Source: a virus (lineage: Duplodnaviria > Caudoviricetes). From it: DNA of 64,000 bases. The notes beneath the pieces were generated by a model. It did not search any database, was not told the DNA's origin, and was given only the letters and a program-made list of their open reading frames with translations. Shown here piece by piece: positions 46,107 to 54,610 of this stretch (position 1 is its first letter; each line of letters begins with the position of its first letter). Made by a program: the position numbers and the translations under genes. The stretch spans positions 64,001 through 128,000 of IMG/VR virus record IMGVR_UViG_3300037067_012088; one strand, written 5' to 3'.

Positions 46107-46361
46107 CGGCCAGACAAGCCCAGAGGCAACGCCCCGGCGATACTTCGGCCCGCGTCCTTGCCATGCTTCCAGCTTGGGGCGGGCACGTTCGGCGAAGGTC
46201 AACGGATCGAGCAGCACCCCGGCGCGCTCCTTGCTTGTGCCCTCGGGGTCGAGATAGAACACGCCGGACAGGTGCCCGGCTTCGTCGCGGTAAAACGTCA
46301 CGGTGCAACCGCAAGCGCGTTCCTTGACTTGCAGGCGTTCGAGTTCGTCGCGGTGCGTCAT
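46089..46361 (-). CDS. hypothetical protein
   Basis: 90 aa. Confidence 0.55.
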   Translation of the reverse strand: MTHRDELERLQVKERACGCTVTFYRDEAGHLSGVFYLDPEGTSKERAGVLLDPLTFAERARPKLEAWQGRGPKYRRGVASGLVWPVRCYP

Positions 46362-46364
46362 GGA

Positions 46365-46730
46365 TTAGCCCTCCCCTTTGAGCTTGGCAAGCGCCGCCTC
46401 GGGTCCGCCCGCTTCGTCAATCGCATCTTGCAGGGCTTGGTCGAGGTCTTCCGCCTTCTGTCGCTCGGTCTCTCTCCGCTTGTTCTCCTCAACCCAATAC
46501 GCGGCGAGTGCGGCCTTACCCTTGGCAGTGTGCTCGGGATGAACGCTCAAGTAAAGCGAGACTTCCCGCCCGGTCTTGTCCGCGAAGTAGGCGCGACCTC
46601 CGCTCTTGACTTGAACGGTAAGGCCAATCTGTGCCCGCTCGGCCGCTTCGTCATGGCTCTTGGCGTGCAGCATCCCGCCAGTGAGCTTCACGCCTTTACC
46701 GTCTCGTGTGTGATGGCAGTTCGTTTCCAT
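46365..46730 (-). CDS. hypothetical protein
   Basis: 121 aa. Confidence 0.65.
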   Translation of the reverse strand: METNCHHTRDGKGVKLTGGMLHAKSHDEAAERAQIGLTVQVKSGGRAYFADKTGREVSLYLSVHPEHTAKGKAALAAYWVEENKRRETERQKAEDLDQALQDAIDEAGGPEAALAKLKGEG

Positions 46731-46750
46731 GTTGGGCGAATGGTTGAGGG

Positions 46751-47335
46751 TTAGGCGTGAACCGCAACGCCGCGCGTGTTGTAGTGCTGATCCAGCGGCA
46801 GGAGATTGCGCGCCGGGATAGAAGCGCCCCGGTGCGTGAGATAGGCGCGGGCGGCGGCTTCCTCGGTGGCGTGATACTCGGGCAGCCCTTCAACCTTGAA
46901 CTGATTGGCGGCATCCTTGACCCGGGCGATATGCGCGCCCCAGCTCCGCGCCTTCCGCACAATCTCGTTGCTCGTGCTCTTGAGGTCGGCTTTGCGCCCC
47001 ACATACAGCGCCACGCCGCGCGGGTCGCCTTGGTTGTAGCTCCACAGGTCGGGGTGAGCGGCCATGATGGCGGCGAGTTGCTTGCGCGCGCCGGTCTCGC
47101 GGTCGGGGATGGGGTAAGCCGCATAAGGGCCATTGCCTCGCAGATACCAGCCCGACACGCGGGACGGTTTACCCGTCTCTTCATCGCGGACGATTTCCCC
47201 GTTGCACTCGGCGGTTGACCAGCGGGAAAGGGTCATCTCGATCCGGCGAAGGCGGTTAGCCTCGGCGTAGGTGAAGCCCAGCGCGGCCAGATCGTTAAGC
47301 AGGCGGGCAAGGCGGATGGCTTTGGATTCGTTCAT
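46751..47335 (-). CDS. hypothetical protein
   Basis: LRRIEMTLSRW..ECNG..QGDPRG.ALY; start placed at MNESK. Confidence 0.7.
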   Translation of the reverse strand: MNESKAIRLARLLNDLAALGFTYAEANRLRRIEMTLSRWSTAECNGEIVRDEETGKPSRVSGWYLRGNGPYAAYPIPDRETGARKQLAAIMAAHPDLWSYNQGDPRGVALYVGRKADLKSTSNEIVRKARSWGAHIARVKDAANQFKVEGLPEYHATEEAAARAYLTHRGASIPARNLLPLDQHYNTRGVAVHA

Positions 47336-47503
47336 GTAGTTTCCGTTAGAACTGGCTGGAGCCGCCAGAGTCTCCGGCTTCCCGCGTTGGTGCGGGGTGT
47401 GGCCTTTGACTAGGTGAGAGAATGACCGGCTTGCGGGATAATGCAAGAAGAAACTTTCAGTTTCTTTGTTGCGCTACGCGCAAGCGCAATGTGGGGAAAT
47501 CGC

Positions 47504-47545
47504 GGGAGAATCTTACCCTAGGGATGACTAGGGTGTTGACCCTAG
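47504..47545. promoter_or_regulatory. tandem TAGGG-N6-CCCTA boxes
   Basis: CTAGGGTGTTGACCCTAG at 47528-47545 plus half-site. Confidence 0.75.
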
Positions 47546-47865
47546 CGCACGACCAGCCCCACCAGCGCGCCAAACCCGGGCAGGCGTTCGCGCCGAAAGC
47601 ACACCGTTACCCGGTCGCCACGTTTGAGGCGTTCGCCTTTGGACAAAATGACCTGTTGAAAGGTGCCGGTCGTGTCGAGTTCGTCACCGTCGCGCAGTTC
47701 AACCACGCAATGCCCCATTGTCGCCATCGCCCCGGCATGGGTCAGCTTTTCGGCCACGGCGCGCTTGCGGGTCATAACGTAGGCGCTCACAACCCGGGCG
47801 GCTTTGGTGTAACCATGCACGCCCAGTTTGGGCACGGTGGATAGAATGGGGGTTAGGTTATACAT
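47542..47865 (-). CDS. hypothetical protein
   Basis: 107 aa. Confidence 0.55.
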   Translation of the reverse strand: MYNLTPILSTVPKLGVHGYTKAARVVSAYVMTRKRAVAEKLTHAGAMATMGHCVVELRDGDELDTTGTFQQVILSKGERLKRGDRVTVCFRRERLPGFGALVGLVVR

Positions 47866-47868
47866 GGA

Positions 47869-48267
47869 TTAGACCTTAATCAGTTCGGCATAGTCCAGCG
47901 CGGCGACTTCGACCGGGTTGACCTTAGCCTCCTTGAACGCGGCGCGAATGTCCTTGCGGTAGTTGAGCCAAAGCGCGGCGGCGGTCCACAGGCTGCGGCG
48001 CATGGAAAGATAATACTTGACATGCGGGGCTTTCGCATCGCCGGTCATCAGCTGGGCAAACTGGCGAACCGCGAACAGGCGCGCCGCTTCGTTGACGGTT
48101 AGGCCCCACTCGCGCGAAGGGAGTCCGCAACCCCGATGTGCCTTTTCCTCGGCGACATTCTCGGCAAGGTAGGCGTCGGCGTAATGCGTCCAGCTCTTGT
48201 TATTGAGCCGGTAGGCGAGTGCAGACCAGACGGCGGCGGTGAGTTTGTTGGCTTCTTTGGCGTTCAT
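47869..48267 (-). CDS. hypothetical protein
   Basis: Start placed at MNAKEA. Confidence 0.65.
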   Translation of the reverse strand: MNAKEANKLTAAVWSALAYRLNNKSWTHYADAYLAENVAEEKAHRGCGLPSREWGLTVNEAARLFAVRQFAQLMTGDAKAPHVKYYLSMRRSLWTAAALWLNYRKDIRAAFKEAKVNPVEVAALDYAELIKV

Positions 48268-48352
48268 GTTGGGCGGATTGGGTTGTTTGATTCCGCCCAC
48301 AGTATAGCACAAAGCGGGGCGGTTGCATAGCGAGGTCTTGCCCTCATATTGA

Positions 48353-48370
48353 GTAGGGGGATCACCCTAG
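48353..48370. promoter_or_regulatory. TAGGG-N6-CCCTA box
   Basis: GTAGGGGGATCACCCTAG. Confidence 0.75.
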
Positions 48371-48808
48371 GCGCGAACGCAACCCGCGCGGCCCATGAAT
48401 CGCGGCTTTCTTGGCGCGCCCGGTGGTCAGATCGGCGGGGGTGATGTCGTTGATATAGGGGAGGCCGTTGCAAAGATACGCCTCGTATTCCCTGACCGCC
48501 CGGAAGAAGTCGCACACAGTAGCGCGGCCCGGTTGGATGGGCTGCCAATCGCTTTTGTCGTCCCACTCGCTAGCCTTGTCGGTCACCTTTTCGCTCGGGT
48601 CGCTCACGCTTTGCGCACGATACTCGCCACGAGGAAACGCCGCGCCCATAGCGCACAGGACCCCAGTAAGCTTGGGTTCTACTGCATGCGCCGCCCGATA
48701 GAGCTGCACCAGATGGTTGCGAATCAACGGCGCGAAGGTCTCGGCGTCGAGTTTGGCGATAGCCGTTTCGCGGCGCTCGGCCACTTGAGAGAAGAAGTCT
48801 TTAGGCAT
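48362..48808 (-). CDS. hypothetical protein
   Basis: 148 aa; TCGACA-N16-TAACCT promoter. Confidence 0.65.
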   Translation of the reverse strand: MPKDFFSQVAERRETAIAKLDAETFAPLIRNHLVQLYRAAHAVEPKLTGVLCAMGAAFPRGEYRAQSVSDPSEKVTDKASEWDDKSDWQPIQPGRATVCDFFRAVREYEAYLCNGLPYINDITPADLTTGRAKKAAIHGPRGLRSRLG

Positions 48809-48864
48809 GGGAACAGGTTAGCAGATTGCCGGAACATGTCGAGGACGGAAATCCCTCATATTGG

Positions 48865-48882
48865 CTAGGGTCTTGACCCTAC
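48865..48882. promoter_or_regulatory. TAGGG-N6-CCCTA box
   Basis: CTAGGGTCTTGACCCTAC. Confidence 0.75.
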
Positions 48883-49328
48883 CCTCGATAGGGAACGAAC
48901 CGCCCGGCGCGCCACACGAAACGCGGCCATTTCGTGCGCTTCCAATGGGCCGCGCTTGTCCCCTCGCAGTCATGCCAGCCCCCTACGAATCCGGCCAGTC
49001 CTTCGCGCTTGGCTAGGGCGCGCATCTGGCGCGTGACTTCACCCCATGCGGTGTGTCGATCATAGCGAACGACAAGCGCCTTGACGGCCGGGCCGGTTGC
49101 ATCGGCTAGCGTTTGGTAGCCGGGCAACGCATAGAAAGCGGGATTGCCGCGACGGACAACACGCAGCCACGGCCCCGAGCCTTCGCGCCTGAATGAGCCG
49201 CCCCGACATGTCACGCCACAGGTGCCGCCCACGTTGGCGAAGTTGGCACTCAAGCGCGCCGCCGTAGAAGCACGGACAGGGCGCAAGGTTTCGATATACT
49301 GGGGAGGCTCACGCCTCACGGTTGACAT
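48879..49328 (-). CDS. hypothetical protein
   Basis: 149 aa. Confidence 0.55.
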   Translation of the reverse strand: MSTVRREPPQYIETLRPVRASTAARLSANFANVGGTCGVTCRGGSFRREGSGPWLRVVRRGNPAFYALPGYQTLADATGPAVKALVVRYDRHTAWGEVTRQMRALAKREGLAGFVGGWHDCEGTSAAHWKRTKWPRFVWRAGRFVPYRG

Positions 49329-49332
49329 GGGA

Positions 49333-49701
49333 TCAGAGGGGGAGCTTGACCTGCATAAGCTCGGCTACCTTTGCGAGCGAACCGCGCGCGGCCTGCACTT
49401 GGTCAGGGCGTCCAACGTAGTTCGCCTTGTGCCGTTCGCTGTTTAGCAGGGCATAGTCAAGAGCATAGCGGATGACTTCGGCAAGGTCGATTGAGAGCGC
49501 CAGTTCAGCGGCGTCGATTCCTAGCTCGCGCCCGGCGGCGTCAAAGGCGGTGTATGAGGCGGCGAGCAGGGCGGCGTCTTCCGGCTTCTTCACGGTGGCG
49601 ATACCGTCAACGTGCCCAAGCGGGCCGATGTCGAGCGTTTCCCGGTTGGGAGACTGTCCGTATATATTGACGTGAAGCGGGCCTTTGGTCTGTTGATTCA
49701 T
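49333..49701 (-). CDS. hypothetical protein
   Basis: 122 aa; TKGPL..DAALLAAS. Confidence 0.65.
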   Translation of the reverse strand: MNQQTKGPLHVNIYGQSPNRETLDIGPLGHVDGIATVKKPEDAALLAASYTAFDAAGRELGIDAAELALSIDLAEVIRYALDYALLNSERHKANYVGRPDQVQAARGSLAKVAELMQVKLPL

Positions 49702-49902
49702 GGTGAGTATCTTGGCTTATGTTTCCTGATCCGTCAATGCCAAAAGCAGCGCGACGCAGAGGAGAACGAGGACAAAGAGGAGCATAGAGGTAAAGTCACC
49801 TTGTATCAGACCCCGCACAAGGTTAAGCGGGTTTTGGGCTAGCTTCCCCACTCATGCCACGCCAAATGCAAAACGCGCTTTGTGGGGAGATTCGCCTAAA
49901 GA

Positions 49903-49992
49903 GGTGGAGTGGCCGGGTCAATTTCGTCCCCGACATTCCGGCGAATCACAGTCCAAACGGGTTGCCCCGCTCTTAGCTCCGCGCCGCACTCC
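49903..49992 (-). ncRNA. tRNA-like small structured RNA (non-canonical)
   Basis: GGAGUG/CACUCC-ACC acceptor-like stem, T-arm-like helix, GCAA hairpin; no canonical anticodon arm or T-loop. Confidence 0.35.
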
Positions 49993-50004
49993 GTAAGATG
50001 ATAA

Positions 50005-50460
50005 AGAAAGGGTGACCCGAATCGCACGGGTCTCACTGTTGATCTAGTTTCGGCCGCTGTTTGGTAGTGTCACACCTACTGGGCAGCCTATCACCGACTA
50101 ACGGGCAGTGCGCCGGACTCAGTGGTAACAATTCGACTGGTCGCGAAACCGGGTCTTTATCACCCGGCAAGACTTGGAAAGAGTTCCCCACCAGCTTCCT
50201 TTTGTCCGTTCTGCTAGCCACGCAGGGCGCGGGCGTTGTTACTAGGACGTGATTAGGCTGGCGGGGTGTTCGATGGATAGGGAAGGACGGATAGCGGCCC
50301 GGCCTGTCGTGACTTCTCACCTCACCCGCTATAAGGCGAGGTCAGGGCTTTACCCCTCGAAAGAGTCGGCGTGAGCCGGCACTAGAAGCTTGTCACCATA
50401 CGGTCAGAGGAGGGAGAGGGCTTTTGACCCAGTATCCAGCCGATGACCTATCCAAAGAAC
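50005..50460 (-). ncRNA. putative multi-domain structured ncRNA 3
   Basis: Own promoter (TCGACC-N17-CATTCT, 50468-50496); two closed multibranch domains; G-U pairs on minus strand; no credible ORF. Confidence 0.6.
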
Positions 50461-50505
50461 AAAGAGGAGAATGATAGGGAGTGCGAGAAAGGTCGAGATA
50501 AATCG

Positions 50506-50548
50506 TGCGATTTGATACCCTAGCGCGCGACTAGGTAGTCAACCCTAT
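50506..50548. promoter_or_regulatory. tandem TAGGG-N6-CCCTA boxes
   Basis: Half-site plus CTAGGTAGTCAACCCTAT. Confidence 0.7.
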
Positions 50549-50553
50549 TGACA

Positions 50554-50709
50554 CTAGCTCTTGCGTTGCTCAAGGGGCATGCCCTTGGCTTGGTCGATGG
50601 CCTTGCGAACCGCCTCAACAGCGGCGCTCGAAGACATGAATTGACGAGTTTCGGTATCGGTCAATTTGATCGTGACCGCGCCGGTTTGGGTGGAGTGAGT
50701 GATTTGCAT
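50554..50709 (-). CDS. 51 aa hypothetical protein
   Basis: MQITHSTQTGAVTIKLTDTETRQFM.. Confidence 0.5.
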   Translation of the reverse strand: MQITHSTQTGAVTIKLTDTETRQFMSSSAAVEAVRKAIDQAKGMPLEQRKS

Positions 50710-50718
50710 GGGGAGTCC

Positions 50719-51099
50719 TTAGAAGCTGTGCGCCTCAAGCTCGGCGAGTTCGTTTTCCAGCCTGTGAATCTCGGCTTCGACATTCTCCTGCTTGTCGAGC
50801 GCGGCAAGCTCGGTCTCCCTTTCCTCGATAAACGCCTGTTTGGCGCGGTCGAGTTCGTCGGTGTCGTAATAGGAGCCGTCTATTTCGGTAAACCCATCGG
50901 AACTGTCGGCCACGCCACAGCGGAACGCGGTCGGGTCAAGCTCCTCAACGATTCGGGAGGCCGAAAACGTGAGGTTGCCCACCGAAATCTCGCCGCAAAC
51001 CTCGTCAAGCGTATTGCGGTAACGCTGTTCGAGGTCAACGGGCTTGCACTCGGCGGCGATATGGGCGATAAGGGCGGTGATGATGGGTGATTGATTCAT
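50719..51099 (-). CDS. acidic hypothetical protein
   Basis: LDE..G..V..LDPTAFRCG; strongly D/E-rich. Confidence 0.7.
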   Translation of the reverse strand: MNQSPIITALIAHIAAECKPVDLEQRYRNTLDEVCGEISVGNLTFSASRIVEELDPTAFRCGVADSSDGFTEIDGSYYDTDELDRAKQAFIEERETELAALDKQENVEAEIHRLENELAELEAHSF

Positions 51100-51155
51100 G
51101 GCGGTAAGAGTGACAGGTGCGGGTGATAAAGCGAGAGGAAAGTGACGCGAAGCGT

Positions 51156-51195
51156 CAAAGTTGATACCCTAGCGCGATTGGGGGGAATCCCCTAG
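51156..51195. promoter_or_regulatory. tandem TAGGG-N6-CCCTA boxes
   Basis: TTGATACCCTAGCGCG shared with 50512 copy plus TGGGG-N6-CCCTA. Confidence 0.6.
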
Positions 51196-51465
51196 CAGCC
51201 GGCGTGCCTCGGCATACGTCTCGTTATCCTCGGGCTTGAGTCGGCTTACCGTGAGGAAGACGCGCATGGACTCGGCACAGTCACCTAGGGACGCGCGCAA
51301 AGCGGACCACTCATTAGCCGCGCGCGCAAGGTAGTTCGCTACCTCAGTAGGCATTTGATGCGAGCCGATCCGGTTGCGGTGCGTCGTGCCGGGTTCCTGA
51401 TAGGTCAGGAGAGAATGGCCCGGCTGGCTGGTCTCGGCGACGGTGAAGAGAGGAGGGTTAAGCAT
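51169..51465 (-). CDS. hypothetical protein
   Basis: 98 aa. Confidence 0.55.
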   Translation of the reverse strand: MLNPPLFTVAETSQPGHSLLTYQEPGTTHRNRIGSHQMPTEVANYLARAANEWSALRASLGDCAESMRVFLTVSRLKPEDNETYAEARRLLGDSPQSR

Positions 51466-51474
51466 GGGGGCTAG

Positions 51475-51918
51475 CTAGACAGGCTGATTGAACCGATGGG
51501 CATACTCAACCGCGAACGCGGCGGTGCGCTCCGGTGAATAGGCGCTCCCGTCATTCAGCGCCTCCAAGTCATCGCCCAACCGGAACAGGAGATTGTCCAG
51601 TCCGCGCACGACAAACTGACTCTTGCGATGGTGAGACTGGTTGATGTCGCCAAATGAGTCGGCGAAGCACGCGGGTGAATCGGAACGGATATTCCAGCAG
51701 GCCACATGCACGTCGGGCTGGCAGCTCTTCCCGTTGAAGTCAACCCATATAACTGCGCCGCCCTTGTGGGCGATTTCAAGGCGCAGCTCGTGCGGCCCGG
51801 CGAACTCGTTGTCGTCCGTGACGGTTGCCCCAAGGGATTCGCACAGCGCGCGGACCTGTCGGATCATTTCGATGCGGTCAGCCTTGCGGCGTTCGGTGAG
51901 GGGAGCGATTTGATTCAT
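51475..51918 (-). CDS. hypothetical protein
   Basis: Start placed at MNQIAP. Confidence 0.65.
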   Translation of the reverse strand: MNQIAPLTERRKADRIEMIRQVRALCESLGATVTDDNEFAGPHELRLEIAHKGGAVIWVDFNGKSCQPDVHVACWNIRSDSPACFADSFGDINQSHHRKSQFVVRGLDNLLFRLGDDLEALNDGSAYSPERTAAFAVEYAHRFNQPV

Positions 51919-51977
51919 GGGATGGAGTATGTGAGGGATTCGCGCCGGATGCAAGCGCGGCGACTACTTATATTGAC

Positions 51978-51995
51978 CTAGGGAGATCACCCCAC
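51978..51995. promoter_or_regulatory. TAGGG-N6-CCCTA box
   Basis: CTAGGGAGATCACCCCAC. Confidence 0.65.
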
Positions 51996-52190
51996 CCGCG
52001 AGATTCGGAACGCACCTGCCGCGCCGCCGCCCAACCTGTAGCCGCTCCCCATGTCAAGGGCCGCGCGCATATCGGAGAGAGTGGCCGGATCAAAGCCGTC
52101 GTTGGCTTCGAGCATTTTGTCCCACGTGGTCAGGGTGGGTTCACCTCGCGGGTTGCCGTAGGTGTCGAGGGGTTGGATGGAAATAGTCAT
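51987..52190 (-). CDS. GGGAAGAF-motif small protein (paralog 1)
   Basis: Similar to 53725-54000. Confidence 0.7.
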   Translation of the reverse strand: MTISIQPLDTYGNPRGEPTLTTWDKMLEANDGFDPATLSDMRAALDMGSGYRLGGGAAGAFRISRVG

Positions 52191-52195
52191 GGGGA

Positions 52196-52699
52196 TCAGA
52201 GAGCCAGCGCGGCGTTCGCGCCCTTGACGGAAGCGTCGTCTTTGCCGCCGAAACGCTCGCGGTCGTCGTCGGGCATGTCGCTGATGTCGTCGAGCAGATT
52301 GGAGAGAGCAGCGCGAAGTGCCGCGATCTTGTCTGCGTCGCTGACCTCCTTAACCTCGATGCCCTGTTCTTTGGCGGCGGCGAGGATGAGCTTATCGAGC
52401 ACGGCGTCTACTTTTCCCTCGGCAATGATGGCGTCGAAATCGAGATTGCAGCCGCGCCCGTATGTGCGTCGGGGCAGCTTGCCCACTTTGAACAGCGCGC
52501 GGAACTCGGCGCCCCGGTTGCACAGTCCATTATTGAACAGGTCGTAGTAGCAGTTCCGCGCGCGGCGGTAACGGTCAAGAGCCTTGTTCGCGCCCTTGGC
52601 CTCTGGGCACTCGCCAGACGCGGGAATCAGTTTGTCCATCTTGTCGGCAACAGCTTTGTAGCGGCCTTGGCTATTCCAGTAGGAGGTTGAGAGGTTCAT
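52196..52699 (-). CDS. hypothetical protein
   Basis: YWN..G..YYDLFNNGLCN. Confidence 0.7.
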   Translation of the reverse strand: MNLSTSYWNSQGRYKAVADKMDKLIPASGECPEAKGANKALDRYRRARNCYYDLFNNGLCNRGAEFRALFKVGKLPRRTYGRGCNLDFDAIIAEGKVDAVLDKLILAAAKEQGIEVKEVSDADKIAALRAALSNLLDDISDMPDDDRERFGGKDDASVKGANAALAL

Positions 52700-52749
52700 G
52701 ACAGCAATCTGACAGGGTTTCAGTGATAAGGGAAGCGAAATCGCGCGGG

Positions 52750-52767
52750 ATAGGGAATGGACCCTAA
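52750..52767. promoter_or_regulatory. TAGGG-N6-CCCTA box
   Basis: ATAGGGAATGGACCCTAA. Confidence 0.75.
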
Positions 52768-53210
52768 GCCCTCATAGGGTCCGCAATCCCGTCATACAGG
52801 ATGCCAAGGTCCATGTTCTGCCGCTCGCCTGTGGCATAGCAGTCGTCAATGGCTCCGTCATATTCGGTTTGGCGCCAACCGCGTTTGGCCGCGTAGACCT
52901 CAAGGATCAACCACGCTTCATCGAAGGTGTAGGGTAAGCAACCGGAGCACGGGAGGGTCAGCGCCTCAACCCAGCGGCCCTTGACTTTCTTGCGCTCGAT
53001 GGGGATGACGACCGTGAAATGGCGGCGCTGATTGACCTGTCCCGCGTCAATGTCGGCGGCGCGCTGGATAAGGGCAGCCTTACGATCCTCGGCGCGGAAC
53101 GAGTCGGCGGGAATCACCTTGGCGATATATCTCATTTCGTTGGCCACCTGAGCGGGAGTCATGTGACCGGAAGAGATGGCGGGGTTGCCGCGATAGTAGG
53201 GGGCGTTCAT
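52764..53210 (-). CDS. hypothetical protein
   Basis: 148 aa. Confidence 0.6.
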   Translation of the reverse strand: MNAPYYRGNPAISSGHMTPAQVANEMRYIAKVIPADSFRAEDRKAALIQRAADIDAGQVNQRRHFTVVIPIERKKVKGRWVEALTLPCSGCLPYTFDEAWLILEVYAAKRGWRQTEYDGAIDDCYATGERQNMDLGILYDGIADPMRA

Positions 53211-53452
53211 GATTGGTAAAGCGAAGAGAGGAGTTGACCGTCACGAATCGCGCGTAACTCACCGCGCAAGTCACCACGACGAATCTTGAGGGTCATAGGC
53301 TTGTCGAAATAGGTCGTCGCCAGAATGAGGGTAACGCGATTGGCCTTGGATACCGTCCCGCTGACTGGCGAAAACGCTCGGTCGCCCTGAGCACGGATGA
53401 GGTCGCCCGCCTGAATGGTTTCGAGAGTGATTAGGCCGGTGGGTTGTTTCAT
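53207..53452 (-). CDS. hypothetical protein
   Basis: 81 aa; TCGACA-type promoter. Confidence 0.6.
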   Translation of the reverse strand: MKQPTGLITLETIQAGDLIRAQGDRAFSPVSGTVSKANRVTLILATTYFDKPMTLKIRRGDLRGELRAIRDGQLLSSLYQS

Positions 53453-53510
53453 GGGACGGATTAGACCACAGGTTGTGCGGTTTGTCGAATGGTGAGATGC
53501 CTCAATCGTG

Positions 53511-53528
53511 ATAGGGTATAGACCCCAG
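53511..53528. promoter_or_regulatory. TAGGG-N6-CCCTA box
   Basis: ATAGGGTATAGACCCCAG. Confidence 0.65.
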
Positions 53529-53530
53529 AT

Positions 53531-53728
53531 TCAAGCAACCCACTTGAATCCTAGCTTGCCCGCGCACTTCTTGACCTGCTTCATAGCACGGCGCGCAAGG
53601 GGCTTGGCTTCATTCTCGGGGTTAATCTGCTCGAATATGAAACGCAGTGAGTCAAGATCTTCGCTCGTCACGCGAAGAGAGAAGACGACACGCTTACCGT
53701 TTGGGATATAGGGATCGCCGGGATTCAT
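53531..53728 (-). CDS. hypothetical protein
   Basis: ATGA overlap. Confidence 0.55.
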   Translation of the reverse strand: MNPGDPYIPNGKRVVFSLRVTSEDLDSLRFIFEQINPENEAKPLARRAMKQVKKCAGKLGFKWVA

Positions 53729-54000
53729 GCGGGAATCCGCGTCAATCGAAATGCCCCCGCCGCGCCGCCGCCAATCACATACTCGCGCCCTAAACGAAGG
53801 GCGGTCGTCATCTCACCTAGCGTGAAGAGGTCGTGCTTGAAGCCGTTGTTGGCCCGCAGAAAAGCGTCCCAGTTCTCGGTGAAGGCCTTGTCGGTGGGAT
53901 GGCCGAGGTGGTCTAAGGGTTGGATTGTCACTTGCGGTGTTGCTTGCGGGCTTACGCCCACGGCGCAACGATGTCCTGCGGACATGGGGAGAGGTTTCAT
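53725..54000 (-). CDS. GGGAAGAF-motif small protein (paralog 2)
   Basis: IQPLD..G.P..W..L.AN.GF..GGGAAGAFR. Confidence 0.7.
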   Translation of the reverse strand: MKPLPMSAGHRCAVGVSPQATPQVTIQPLDHLGHPTDKAFTENWDAFLRANNGFKHDLFTLGEMTTALRLGREYVIGGGAAGAFRLTRIPA

Positions 54001-54004
54001 GTGG

Positions 54005-54301
54005 TCAAGCCTTGTTGAGTGCCCGGCGCGCGGCGTTGGCCCAGTCATCACAGAAGCGGATGGCTCCGATAGCGTCGGGTATGAGTTTGAGCACATGCTT
54101 AAAGCTCGCTGAATCGGCAACCTCGTTCGGCGAGAGCCCGCTTGCGATGCGTGCTGCCTTGTATTCGGCATAGGTGAGCGACCACACGTCGCCGCGCTTG
54201 AAGCGGGCGTGCATGATGCCGTAGGCAATGGCTTCGTATTCGCTCTTGTCGCAGACGCTTTCCCAAGGAAAGGTGAGGAAAGTTGATGGAGGAAGGTTCA
54301 T
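54005..54301 (-). CDS. hypothetical protein
   Basis: 98 aa. Confidence 0.65.
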   Translation of the reverse strand: MNLPPSTFLTFPWESVCDKSEYEAIAYGIMHARFKRGDVWSLTYAEYKAARIASGLSPNEVADSASFKHVLKLIPDAIGAIRFCDDWANAARRALNKA

Positions 54302-54305
54302 GGGG

Positions 54306-54560
54306 TTAGATAGCTTGGGTGTTCATGCAGGCGGCATGGGCGCGGATAACGATTTGGCAAGCATGGTCACCGCCTTGGAAAGCGTCATAGATGCGACTGA
54401 TGCCGTTGACCGCTTCGGCGCACTCATGACGTGTATCTCGGTCTTGGGCGCGCAGTTCATATTCGACAATCTCGGCGAGTGCGCCAAGTTGGCCTGCGCT
54501 CAGATATGGGCTGACGCGGGTAAGGATGCGGGCGACACGGGCTTCGGTGGTAGGTTTCAT
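54306..54560 (-). CDS. hypothetical protein
   Basis: QDRDTRHECAEAV; TTGAGT-N17-TATAGT promoter. Confidence 0.65.
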   Translation of the reverse strand: MKPTTEARVARILTRVSPYLSAGQLGALAEIVEYELRAQDRDTRHECAEAVNGISRIYDAFQGGDHACQIVIRAHAACMNTQAI

Positions 54561-54610
54561 GTGAGGATACTATACCAGATTCGGAGGCTTGACTCAATAG
54601 GGGGTGCCCC

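Noticed and set aside
49903-50032. Canonical tRNA or tmRNA
   Set aside because: No valid anticodon arm, no UUCRA T-loop in the 90-nt element, no tmRNA-type 5' end or tag frame
50045-50100. Hammerhead ribozyme (stem followed by CGAAAC on minus strand)
   Set aside because: The CUGANGA core is missing; the equivalent position reads GGUGAUA
50033-50320. 95 aa minus-strand ORF within ncRNA 3
   Set aside because: GTG start far from the promoter, Pro/Arg-rich junk-like composition, dense pairing across it
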